Below, piece after piece: positions 1 to 10,979 of a stretch of DNA of 64,000 nt. The position numbers were made by a program, and so were the translations under genes. The notes under the pieces are model-generated. The model saw nothing but the letters and a program-made list of their open reading frames with translations, was not told the DNA's origin and did not search any database. The stretch is from Cyanophora paradoxa CCMP329 (Eukaryota > Plantae > Glaucophyta): the NCBI GenBank assembly GCA_004431415.1, contig QPMI01000004.1:62001-126000 (forward strand), read 5' to 3'. The stretch's first letter is position 1. Each line of letters starts with the position of its first letter.

Positions 1-48
1 GAGAGTGCAAGTGCTATGCTATAGGCGCTCTGTTTTGAACCTGTGTCG

Positions 49-1103
49 TCACTTGAAGAAATACCAACTCGGACCAGGAAAACCACATCCCATGCATTGT
101 ACTGAACGATTGAGCAAAGCAGCAAAAGTGTTCACTGCACTCTGCACTCCAAATACGTTGCCCTGATATTCGCCATCTAGTCCGAATGTGAAATGGAAGT
201 CGACAGAAAAATAGAAGAGCAGAAGGGCACCCCAGTAATCATGTCCAGAGAACATACCACCCTCGCGAAGTTTTGGCCACCATGCGTGAAGGTCTTCAAG
301 GACTCCATCGTAATCATGTCGAGCATCTGTTGGCGACAGGTGAATCGACAGACACCTTCCATGGCTAAATGAAATGGATCTTACCAATATAAATCAAGTC
401 GAAATGCGACGAAGGAAAAAGTTTTGCAGCTTCCTAATTAAACAAATTGGCAAATGAATGGCAAAAAATGGCAGATGTCGACCCGCACCAAGGACCACTG
501 CACAAGTGGGGTTAAAGACACTGCGACTCAACTATTGGCACAGACTTACTTCTCGCAAAAATTCGACTCTGTGACTGTAGGATTCCAAAAGGCTGATGGC
601 ATGTCGCATGTTTGCGTCGTGCATCTCTTGAGGTACATTTGCGCCATCCCTGTACAGTATCTTGGCTTGCTCCATCCAAGCATCCACCAGGACAAGTTTT
701 TGCCCTTGCCATGTCTGCATCAACTCGAAGGCGTGCTGGCCGCGTTGCACACCAATCTGAATTTCAATTGAATCTTGTACAACCGATGCGCGCAGATGCA
801 GGAGTTATAACCGATGCGCACCTCCACACCGTTACCAGTTAAATTGAGTTTGTTTAACGCGGTTCCCAAAGTTGTTCCTCTATCTGGAAGACCTGCACTA
901 AAAGTAAAAAAAATGATCATAATAAGCACTCGCTTAAAAACACCTCGCTTAAGCACTCGAATGTGCTCAACAACTCCAGTGCGCGAACGCGAGACCTCCG
1001 CCAACGAATTTGAGTCGATGTCCGCCGTTGCTGCCTGCACCGATGTCGCAAGGACGAGAAATGCCAGTAGAAATCTATGACGGTGTCCATTGAGATATTT
1101 CAT
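49..1103 (-). CDS. Class I SAM-dependent methyltransferase (Methyltransf_24-like) with N-terminal signal/anchor; multi-exon
   Basis: Exons read GNGVEV..VQRGQHA..LVLVDAW, then DARHDYDGVLEDLHAWWPKLREGGMFSGHDY and GVQSAVNTF; hydrophobic N-terminus FLLAFLVLATSVQA. Confidence 0.8.
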
Positions 1104-1178
1104 GGGAGCGGCTTTCCCAATTGACGACAGCGAGCTGTATCCTGCGCATTCGCGGCGCGCTCAGCCACCGCGCTCCCA

Positions 1179-1500
1179 TGGCCATGCAGCTTTCTGACGA
1201 GCACTTCGTGTATGTGGCTTTTGACTACGGCAGGCTTGAGCCTGCGCGGCGCGCTCAGCCACCGCGCTCTCACTCACCGTGCATCGCGCGGCCACGAACT
1301 TGTTCTGAAACGACGGTGCCACCTCGTAGGCAGCCTCTTTTAGCTTCGGCTCCAGTCCGCTTGAGCTGGCTCCAGAGAGCTAAGCGCAAGGAGCACTGTG
1401 AATGCCAGCTCGTCACGTTGCAGGCACTCTTGCCGTGCTGTTGGAGTTGTTGTGAGCGCTGACGTTGGTTCTGAGAGGCGTTGGTTTGCCGCGAACACCT
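1179..1500 (-). pseudogene. Inverted partial duplicate of the Tctex1 gene 5' end and its upstream spacer (source ~17751-18067)
   Basis: Reverse complement matches 17751-18067 (e.g. GCAACGTGACGAGCTGGCATTCACAGTGCTCCTTGCGCTTAGCTC and GTAGTCAAAAGCCACATACACGAAGTGCTCGTCAGAAAGCTGCATGGCC). The start codon is lost (GGAATGG to GGACTGG) and the copy stops after ..RKLHG. Confidence 0.9.
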
Positions 1501-1771
1501 CACTGTTTTTCGTATACTCCAGGCTGGCTTGGGGGGCGGAAATGGGAGAAAAGGGGTGAGGAGCTCCACTGGGAGAGGGGAGAAAGGGCTCGAAGGGGGG
1601 GGAGGGGGTGGAGGGAGTGGGGGGGAGGGGGGGGGAGGGGGGGGGCCAAGGTGCAGCAGAGAGTGTGGCAATCGGAGTGAAGAGGAGCTGTCGGCGGCGC
1701 ATCGGTGCGCAAACGTGCACGCGGGTTTTATGTCGCATTTATCATTTCTAACCCTGAAAAGGCTCGACGCC

Positions 1772-3850
1772 ATGTCGGGCCTTCTCGAGTTCTTCCGCGC
1801 CGACGACACGCCAGACCCCAACATCTTGGAGGACCTCGAGACAATCGACAAGAAGATTCACAAAGTAATCGGCACGCTCCTTATGCACTTTTAGCTCCGC
1901 CGACCTGCTGTGCTCGTCAGATCATCAAGAAGCGAAGCAAGAAGCTCGAGAAGTGGATCAACGCGGAGAATGAGCTTGCTCGCGCTTGGACGGGCCACAC
2001 AAGCCAGTGCGGCCTGCTACGACTTAGCATCAGATGCGCTCGTTAACGGCTGCACGCCAGGAGCGGCACAATCTTCAAGGTCGCTCTGTGCGCGGACATG
2101 GATGCTGCCGCCGTGAAGAAAGGGCTCTTTTCCACGGACTTCACTTCCGTCATCAAGAACCTCGTACGTGGAGGCGCGCTGCGTGCTTTGCTTCCGTAAC
2201 ATACGGCGCCCAGGACCTGTTCCGCGATAACAACGGACACTACCATCTGGTTACTTCTCTCTCGCCTCGCCAGTCGGCCAGCTCCTGACCTTTCTTCGCT
2301 GCAGTTCCACACCGACATCCGTCAGCTTTTCGTGAAGGAAAGCTTCAAGGGTCGCGGGGCGGAGCTCTCTGAGCTTGTCGTGTTCAACAACTCTCTGCTG
2401 ACGGTTCATCTTCGCTCTCTCTTGCAGCCTATGACGCGGCTGAGCAGCAGTCAGGTGGACGATCGGACAGGCCTGGTGTACGCCATCGAAGGCGAGCGGC
2501 TGGTGAAGAAGGCCGAGCTCGGTCTTGTGGAGAATCTGCCATTTAAGGCCGAGTGGGCAACGGTGAAGGACGGCAGGTTGTACATTGGGTCGGTTTTTCG
2601 TTCGATCTCGGGCAATTGACAGGCGCTGATCACGGCTGCCCCTACCCAGCTCTCACGGAAATGTTAAAGAGAAGAGAACGCTTCCTGTGAAGGTGCGCGT
2701 GGCTGCAGGCACTGTACGGTCCCTTGAGGAAGTTCCAGCTGGATCGCAGGTGGTTCACCCGGACTGGACTGTGACGACTGAGGACTGGACGCCGCGCTAC
2801 AAGAAGCTTATGGCGGCCGCTGGCGCCCCCAACGTGACTGAACCCTCCTCCACCTTTTCTTTTCTTCCCTCTTTGATTGCCGGACTGCTAGGGCAACTGC
2901 GTGTATGAGGGTGCAGTGTGGCACCCGCAGCGGAAGCGGTGGATCTTCCTCCCGCGCAAGATCGTGGCCGGTGCAAAGGCGCACCGAATGTTCCTATCCT
3001 GCGAGGCGCCTGACCACGTGGCCCAGACTCGTCGATCCCGTGGTCGATGTCGTCGTTCATGGGCGCGAACGTGTTGCAGGAGGCGACGGAGAACTTTGAG
3101 TCTGTCACGCAGCGGACGCTGCCGCTGGCCGCCGAGCCGTCCCGCACCTTCTCATCCGTTAAGATCGTCCCGGGGTGCGTGGCTGTGGCCGGGGCGGGCG
3201 GTCTGCGGGGCCGACAGGCGCGCAGCTTCGAGCAGGAGCTGGTGGCGCTGAAGACGATCGAGTTCGACACGGAGTGCGCGACGTACCTCACCGTCTTCAC
3301 TGTCGACGGCCATGTCCTCCTCCCGGAGACCTACATCGCCTCCGACAAGTACGAGGGCCTCGCTGTCCTCGCCTCCGAGCGCTCCGGCGCCCCCTTTGCC
3401 CCGCACGGCCCCTCCGCGCCCTACTCGCCCTCCTCCCCCGCTCTCCAAGGCTCCAGCTCCAGCCGCAGCCCTGGCCCTGGCCGTGCGACGTCCCCGTTCG
3501 TCCCCGCCTACGCGCCGGGTGCCCCGACCACGTATTCGGCGCCTCTTGGTCCGAACCCCGCCCCCTCCTCAATCCGGGGCGCTGACTTCGGGATCTCAAT
3601 ACTCGTGCAGTGGATGCACGGATACAGGAAGCTGTTGACAAGGCGCGCCGCAAGGTTGACGAGGCCACCAAAATGTACTGCTCCGCCAAGCTGTGCACAA
3701 CTCGCACGATGGAAGGTGCTGGATTTCGCGCGTTCCGCGCCCCTGCACCCGGCCCTCACGCTGGCATGCAGCCCTCAAGGCCATCAAGCTGTAGAAGGCC
3801 CCCCCCCCCCCCCCCCTCCCCCCCGTCTCATCGCAGTTCCTAGTATGTAA
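1772..3850 (+). CDS. Calcium-activated nucleotidase / apyrase (CANT1/SCAN-1 family); multi-exon, 3' end uncertain
   Basis: Family motifs [84 protein letters not shown]. Confidence 0.88.
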
Positions 3851-4093
3851 AAGAGAGAAGCAAAACCATACAATCACATGTGAAAGCCCAAAAGCCGAAA
3901 ACCGGTACTTGGTAATATGCATCAATTCACACGAAGGGGAGCATTGACCCACATCACCGGAGCGAGAGGCGGCGGAAGTCGGCCTCTGCGTTCCAGGCCC
4001 CGCGCGCAGGGCCAGAAGGAGGGGCGGCCGACGCGCGCGAGAACCGCCTTAGGTTCTGCTCCTCCTCGTCCGACAGCTCCTGAGACGAGGGCC

Positions 4094-5387
4094 TCAGCAG
4101 ACAGCACGTGAGGAGGCAGGGCACGCGCGGGGCGGCACCTCGAAGCGGGGCGGCGCGTAGACGTCGGGAAAGGATGGGTCGAAGCGAACTCGGCGCTCCC
4201 CGGGGCCTTCGCTGGCGTCCCGCCCCAGCCGCGACTCCCTTCGCGCGCCCCTCCGCATGCCCCCTCGCCTCGGCGTCTCGGGCCGGCCGTCGCTGCTCCG
4301 GCCGCCCGACGCGCTCGAGGCGTCCGCGGTTGGACAGGAGGGGGCGCGGAGGGCGGCGGCGGGGGTTGGCGAGGCGGCGCGGGAGGAGAGGGAGGAGAGG
4401 ATGGCGGTGGAGGAGGAGGCAGTGGCCGTCGAGGAGGAGGCCGACGCGGCCGCGCTCTCCTGAGCGGACGACGCGCGGCCCGAGAAGGCCCGCCTTTCCT
4501 CCCGCTTGACCGGCACGCGCGAGGGCAAAATGGACGGCGGCATCCCGGCTGCCCCCCGTAGCTGCTCGTCGGGGGCGGCGACTACCGGAGCCCGAGCGAA
4601 GGCGCCAGTTAGAGACGCCCTCCGAGGATCGAAAGCCGCGCTTCCGCCGAAAGCACTGCTGCGCGAAAGAGCCAGCGCAGTTGCGGCTGCCGCCGCACGG
4701 GAGGCTGCGGACGCGCTGGGCTCGGTGCTCGCCGTTGTTTCATCGGCGGTCTCAGAGAGGCCCCAGTCATCGCCGATGGAGCCGGAGCTCGTGTCGTCCT
4801 CGTGTGTGTACTGTAGCTCGTGCCAGTCCTTCTTCAGTTTGGCCCAGAGCAGCTGCTGCTCGCGAATCGCCTCGGCAAGGATGGCTGACCCGGGGCCGGC
4901 CAGCGGCCCTCCGCGGCTAGAGGCACCCGGCAGAGGAGCTGAGTCCACGGGAAGAGAAAGGTTGTAGAAGCGAGGGGTGTATTCATCCCCCGGCGAGGCT
5001 GCACTGCCGCCGGTGTGGAAGTCTTCGTGGGAAGGGATCTGGGCGGCGGTGGCCCGTCAGTAGTGGCTGAGACTATCTCACTCAAAGTGCGCGGCGCACC
5101 TTTTGCCGGGACCCGCGAGCCAGGGCTTTGTCCGGATTGACGGACGGTGCTGAGCCGTTCGTGGATGTGGGCAGCAGATTGCCCCAGCAGCTACATAGCC
5201 CGCCCCTCTTCTTCTTCCTTTGCCTGAGGATCTCTAGTGAGCGCGCGACGGCGCAGGCTCCCATGCCAAAGTCCCGAGACCTTTCGCACCTTGCCCCGTC
5301 GCCTGGTTCGGGTGAATCGTTGGGTTTGAAAAACTGCGGGACGTGAGCATGGGAGGCGGCCAGGGACCGGCGGCGGACCTGCAGCAT
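4094..5387 (-). CDS. Hypothetical protein (short coiled-coil segment, low-complexity tail)
   Basis: AAAATG-CTG-CAG followed by a well-formed GT..CTCAC..CAG intron; exons FFKPNDSPEPGD.., ILRQRKKKRGGLCSCWG and AIREQQLLWAKLKKDWHELQY. No recognisable domain. Confidence 0.45.
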
Positions 5388-5423
5388 TTTCGGGGGTACG
5401 TTGCGGCTCAGTTGGCAACGACG

Positions 5424-5435
5424 TTGGCGCCAAAA
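5424..5435. promoter_or_regulatory. E2F/DP-type site TTGGCGCCAAAA in the divergent spacer upstream of the CRC gene
   Basis: Reverse complement TTTTGGCGCC fits TTTSSCGC; it lies ~60 nt upstream of the CRC ATG. Confidence 0.5.
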
Positions 5436-5493
5436 CTCGCCAGCCGAGAGCGATCGCTCGAACGCGGCCCATCGAGCATCACCGCCCACGCGC

Positions 5494-7591
5494 ATGGCGT
5501 CAGAAGGCGGCGCGATGGACGCAAGGCCTGGCCACGCTTGCCCTGGAACCCCGGAGCTGCACCGCGTGCAAGACGTGGCGGAGCTGTTTCTGATGACACC
5601 CGTTCCTCCTCCGCCGTGCCCTCCGCCGGCCCGCTCTCCGTTGGAGCCAGCAGCGCCCGCAGCGCCAGCGGCGTCCGGCGACCCGCCGCCCCACGACGCG
5701 CCGAAGCCAACACCGTTGCTGGAGATATCTGCTCCAAGGCAGCCCGCAGGCGCGCGAATCGCCTCCGCGTTTTCCTCGCGCGGCTGAATGAGTTCGGGCA
5801 GGCGTCGGCGGAGCTCGCATGGCGCTCGCGACACCTGTGTCGCTGAAGAAGACGCAGATGTGCGCCACGAAGGGTGTGGAAAGCCCTTGGTGGAAGGACA
5901 TCGCCTTCTCACCAATCTGCTCGGGGAAGAGGTGCCGTGGGGTGGACGTTTCCCACGCCTCTCGCCGAATGCGACGCAGGCCGAGCGACGAGGGCGCGGC
6001 GACGGTGGTGCACGGGACGCACGGCGTGGCGGGCTCGATCGCCCCGGGGGCGCTCGCGCTGGAGTCGCCGGCGGGGCCGGTGCGGCTCGGGGACGAGCGG
6101 GCGGAGCTAGTCGGGGAGGCGCTGCTGCCGGCGCTGCCGTCGCCCGACATCGGCGCGACGCCTGTGGCCGGCGACGGCCGCGTCCTCCAGCTCAGCGGGA
6201 GCACCCTGGAGAGCGTACAGCGGCTCTCGGCGTGGCCCGTGGCCGGCCCGGCGCGGAAAGTCGTGCGGCAGCTGGAGTTTGTGCGGGGCCTCGAGGGGGA
6301 CGCCGCGCAGGAGAGCGACGGCGACGCGGAGCTGACCTTCTCCGACGACGAGGCGCCCGCGGAGGGGGCGGCCATCGCGCTCGCGCCCTCACCGCCCCCC
6401 CTCGAGGCGGCCGAGGCGGCGGCGGGGGACGAGGCTCCGAGCCCGGAAGCGGCTCCAGAACCCGCGCCATCGGACCACGAGGGCGTTGCGGCGTGCGGGG
6501 GCGGCGCGGGGGCGGACGGGAAGGGACCGGCGGTGGGCCCCGGGGGCCGGCCGCTGCGGATGCGGGCGAAGACGGCGCGGGCGGCGGAGGCGGAGGAGCT
6601 GCTCGAGCTCGAGCGGCGGGAGGCGCCGCGCCCGCGCTCCCCGCCGCGGCCCGCCCGCCGGCCCCGCTCCTCGCCCCGCCGCCTGACGCCCCGGCAGGAA
6701 ACGCGCCGTCGCGGGCGGCGGGCGCAGGGCGGCAGGCGGGCCAGCGGCGGAGGGTGCGGCGGTCGCCGTTGAGGCTCCCGCAGCGGCGCTGCCGCTCGTG
6801 GGAGCAACGGCGGAGAAGAAGCGCCCGCCAGCGGTGCGTCCCCTCGCCGCCGCGCAGCGGTGCCGCTCACAGCGCCCCAGGCGCCCGGCCGGCGCTGCTG
6901 CAACTGCAAGAAGTCGCGCTGCCTGAAGCTGTGCGCTGCCGGGGCGCCGGCCGTGAGAGCCGGGCTCGCGTGACGGGCGGCAGGTACTGCGAGTGCTTCG
7001 CGGCGCAGGAGTACTGCGACGGGTGCAACTGCGTCGCCTGCCTGAACACGCCGGAGCACGCGCGGGAGCGGGGCGAGGCGATCGAGGCGACGCGCGAGCG
7101 CAACCCGCACGCCTTCAAGCCCAAGATCCGCGAGGAGGGCCCCGCGAGCGGCCGCCACTGCAAGGGCTGCCACTGCCGCAAGTCCAACTGCCAGAAGAAG
7201 TACTGCGAGTGCTTCCAGGCCGGCGTCCCGTGCTCCGACGCCTGCAAGTGCTGCGTGCGGCCCCGCCCCGCCAAGCGCCACGCCGTTCTGCGCCGCCCCC
7301 GAAACACCCCCGCAGGACTGCCGCAACCGGCCGGCCGCCCCGCGGGCGGCCCCCGCGTCGCTCGAGGGCCCCGTGGGGGCGGCGGCGGGCGGGCAGCCGA
7401 CGAAGCGTCCGCGGGCCTCTTCGCCCTGCGGCGCCGACTCCGTCGCGGCCTCCTCCCGCGCCCCGCCCCTCGACCTGCCGCCTCCAGGCGGCCGCCCCCT
7501 TCCCCCCGCGCCTCCCCTGACCATGACTGCCGCGGACCGCGCAGTCGCCCCCTTGCAGCCTGAGCTGCACCCGCCCCCGCTTGCAGCCTGA
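5494..7591 (+). CDS. Tesmin/TSO1-like CXC (CRC domain) protein, LIN54/TCX family
   Basis: [11 protein letters not shown]|[61 protein letters not shown]|DCRN. Confidence 0.92.
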
Positions 7592-7701
7592 GCTGCCCCC
7601 GCAACTCTCGTGTATTGATGAAAGGATTGCTTTTCGGGGATTGGGGGGTTGCTCTTGGGGGCTTGCGGGGCGGAGGGGCCGAGGGGCGCGTTGCGGGGCG
7701 C

Positions 7702-10700
7702 TCAGAGCTCGGCGAGGGCGATCGCGAGGCGCTGCACGGCCGGCGCGAGGCGGGCGCGGCGGGCGGGGCACGCCGCCAGGTGCCCCTCGAGCGCCCCGCG
7801 CGCCGCCGCCAGCGCCGCGAGGCTCGCCTCGCGCCCCGCCGCCGGGGCAGGCCGAGGAGGGCCCCGAAGGCCGCCTCCCAGGGCGCCCCGCTCCAGCCGG
7901 CGGGGAGGGGCAGCGCGGGGCGGAGGGCCCCGCCGGGCCCCGCGGCCGCCTCGAGGGGCGCCCGAAGGCCACGCGGTGGGCGGCGGCGGCGGCGGCCCAC
8001 ACGTCGGCCCCGAAGGACCACTCGCCCCCTCCCGCAGCGCGGGGCTCCACGCCGCCTCCTCCACCCCGGCGGCCGCCCCGCGAGGCACGCCGCGGGCCCG
8101 CCGTAGAGCTCCGCGTCCACCGCCGCCCCCAGACCCGTCGCCACCACCGCCTGCGGGGCCCATATGCGTCACGCGCGCAACCCGCCCGCACCGCAAGAGG
8201 CGTACCAGCTCCTCCCACGCCGCGCTCCGGGCTCCCCGCGGGGCGCCCAAGGGCCGAGGGCTCCCTGCGGCCGGTCGGCGGTCAGGCACGGGTGCGGGGC
8301 CGGGGAAGGGGCGGGGCCGGGGCGCGCGAGAGGGCGGGGAGGCGGAGGAGGAGGCGGCGCGGGGCGAGGCGGCAGTGGACGAGGCCGGCGGCGTGGAGCG
8401 CCTCGACGGCCCGCAGCGCCTCCGCCACCAGCAGCGCCGCCAGCGCCTCCTCCCCGCCCCGCCCCGCCGGCCCCCGCCCGCAGCGCCCCCGCCGCCTCCT
8501 CCAGCGTCCGCCCCGGCCCGCACGGGCCCAGCAGCGCCGCCCCGCGCCCGCCGGGCCCCAGCCCCACGAACATCTCCGCGGGCCCCGCCACGTGGCGCCG
8601 CAGCTCCGGCGGCAGGCGCGTGGCGGCGGCGCGAGCGGCGTGCAGCTCGAGGGGTCGGCCTCGGGGACGAGCTTGAGGGCGAGCGGCGCCTTCTCGCCCG
8701 CCTCGAAGGCGCGCCAGACGACCCCGCGCGAGCCGCGGCCGAGGGCGCCCCGCAGCGCCAGCCGCCGCCCCCCGAGCTCGAGCACCGCCCCGTCCTCCGC
8801 CGCCCCCGCCCGCGCCGCCTCCCGGAGCGCCAGCGCGTGCAGGCCGGGGTACACGCCGGGCTCGAGCCCCGCCCGCAGCGCCGCCGCCGCCCGCTCCTCC
8901 GGCTCAAAGGGCGCCGCGGGGGCCCCGGCCTGCAGGAGCAGTGAGGGGACGGCGGGCGGCGAGGGGCCGCGGGGGCGGCACCAGCCGGGCGGGGCGGAGG
9001 AGGGGTCGCAGCGCACGCCGCGCTCCCCGTCGGCGATGCTCCGCAGCACGTCCCCCGACGCCTCCGCCGCCGCGAGGCTCCTGCCCGGCGGCGCCCCGCC
9101 CCGCCGCGTTCTCCCGCTCCTCGTCAGCCCCCGCGTCGCCGCCGTCCTCGAAGATCGCGAAGGCCGCCGGCGCGGCGGGCGGGCGGCCGGCGGGCGAGGA
9201 GCGCGCCGTCGCTCCAGTAGGAGCCGATCTCGAGCTCCGCCGCCCGCGTGAAGAGGGTCACCGTCGGCGAGGCCGGCGCCGGCCCCCTCGCCTCGCCCAG
9301 CTCCGCCGTGGGCCCCGCCGCGACCCCGCCGAAGAGCCGCCGGGGGCCATCGGCGGCGACGCGGCAGCGGGCCGCTCGCCGCTTGCCTCCGGGGCGATCT
9401 CCGGAGCAGCAGGCGGCGCCTCCACCCCGAGCCCCTGGGGGCCGCGGCCTCGGGTGGCGCGGCCGCGGCCTCGGGGGCAGCGGCGGGAGAAGCAGCCGGT
9501 GGCGGGTGGCGCGCGGCGCGGGCCTCCTCGAAGCTCTGCTCGGCCCCGTCGCCGTCGACGAGCAGCTCCCGCAGGTAGCCCGGCGTGTCCGCTGCCCGGC
9601 ACGCCTCCGCCCTCGCCGCCGGCGCGTCCTCGTGCACCGCGAAGGGCGCCACGGGCGCGGCCCGCGCGGCCGCTTGCTGGGGACCTGCGCGGCCCGTGAG
9701 GGGTGGCGGCGGCAGAAGGCGCACGCGGGCCGCACGCGGGCGTCGGTCCAGCGCGAGGCCGCCGGCGCGTTCTCCTTGTGCCGCACCGCCTCCGAGGGGA
9801 CGTCCCGCGGCGGGACGGCCGCCTGTGCGCTTCCCCCCGCCCCGTCCTCGAAGATGGCGAACGCCGCTCCCTCCGGCCGCCGCCCCGCGCCGACGCCAGC
9901 GCGCTGCGCCCCGGTTGCTGGAGGCACTGCGCGCATTCGGGTCGATGGGCGCGGCGCGGAAGCAAAACGCCCGCGCCCACCTCGCGCGGCGGCCAGGGCG
10001 GCGGGGCGGCGGGACGACGCAGCCCGCGACACGGCGCCCAGGGCGGGGCGCGCATTCTCGTCGTCGACGGGGCCGTCCGCGGCGGGCGGCTCCATCTCCT
10101 GCCGCCGCTGCATGCGCCGTCGCATCCGCTCGTGAAATTCGTCGTACCGCCTCTGGAGGCGCTCAACAGGCTGCGCGCCCCTGCCCCCCCAGCCGGTCAG
10201 GCACGCGCGAGGCTTGAGAGCGGAGACGCGCACCGCGCCACTCCGACCTTGTAGACCTCCTCAGCGTCGGTGAAGCGGCCCTTGGCCTCCAGCACGAGCG
10301 CGTGCGCCTCGTAGAAGAGCGCCAGGTACTCTCCGATGCGGTTGTGCACGAGGTACGTGAAGACGTCGCCTGGGTCCGAGCAGCTATCCGCCTGCGAGCG
10401 AGCGCGTCAGCGCCGGCGCACTCGCGCTCGCACCAGCAGTTTGCGCACATACGCGACCCACACTCGCAGATATCGCGGGTCGTTCTTGTAGCGCTCGTCT
10501 TTTTTGAACTCCCGGGCACAGCGCTCCAGAAGGCCCGCGACCGCCTTCTGGTTCCCACAAAGCTCGTGCTGGGCCCATTTGATGTATCTGAGTGGAAGTC
10601 AAGCACAATACCAGCGTCTCCTCTTCGGCTGCAGCGCACCGAACCCACACCTCCAGCGGATCGCCGCCTGCGTACGCGTTTATCTCGCTCTCAAACGATC

Positions 10701-10899
10701 TGCGAAGCTGTAAACTTGCTGGCTCGAATGCCCGAGCAGGCCGCGCGCACGCTCGCTGCTGCTCGACGCGAGCCTGGCGGGCGTCCAGGTTGTCCGTCGC
10801 TTTGACGGCAGCCAGCTCGCCCACGGAGCGGCCAGATCGCAGCGGCGCGAGGTTCTCCTTCAGCTCCTCCCACCGGTGGCACGCTTCCTCGGCGGCCAT
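7702..10899 (-). CDS. BUB1: Spindle-checkpoint protein of the Bub1/BubR1/Mad3 (MADBUB) family with degenerate kinase domain
   Basis: WEELKENLAPLRSGR, GDPLEVWVR, RYKNDPRYLRVWVAYA (Mad3/Bub1 TPR), FAIFED, HKENAP, FAVHED, EQSFEEARA, SPTVTLFT; kinase-like LGRGSRGVVW..ALKL. Confidence 0.9.
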
Positions 10900-10979
10900 C
10901 GATCCGTTGGGAATCTGCGTACCCGAAGACCGCCAACTTCCACGCCCTCCCCAAAAGGCCAGAGGAGCCCGGGCAGGCG

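Noticed and set aside
5493-5496. Two divergent genes sharing one CATG as overlapping start codons
   Set aside because: The minus gene more plausibly starts at AAAATG (5387), just before its first intron.
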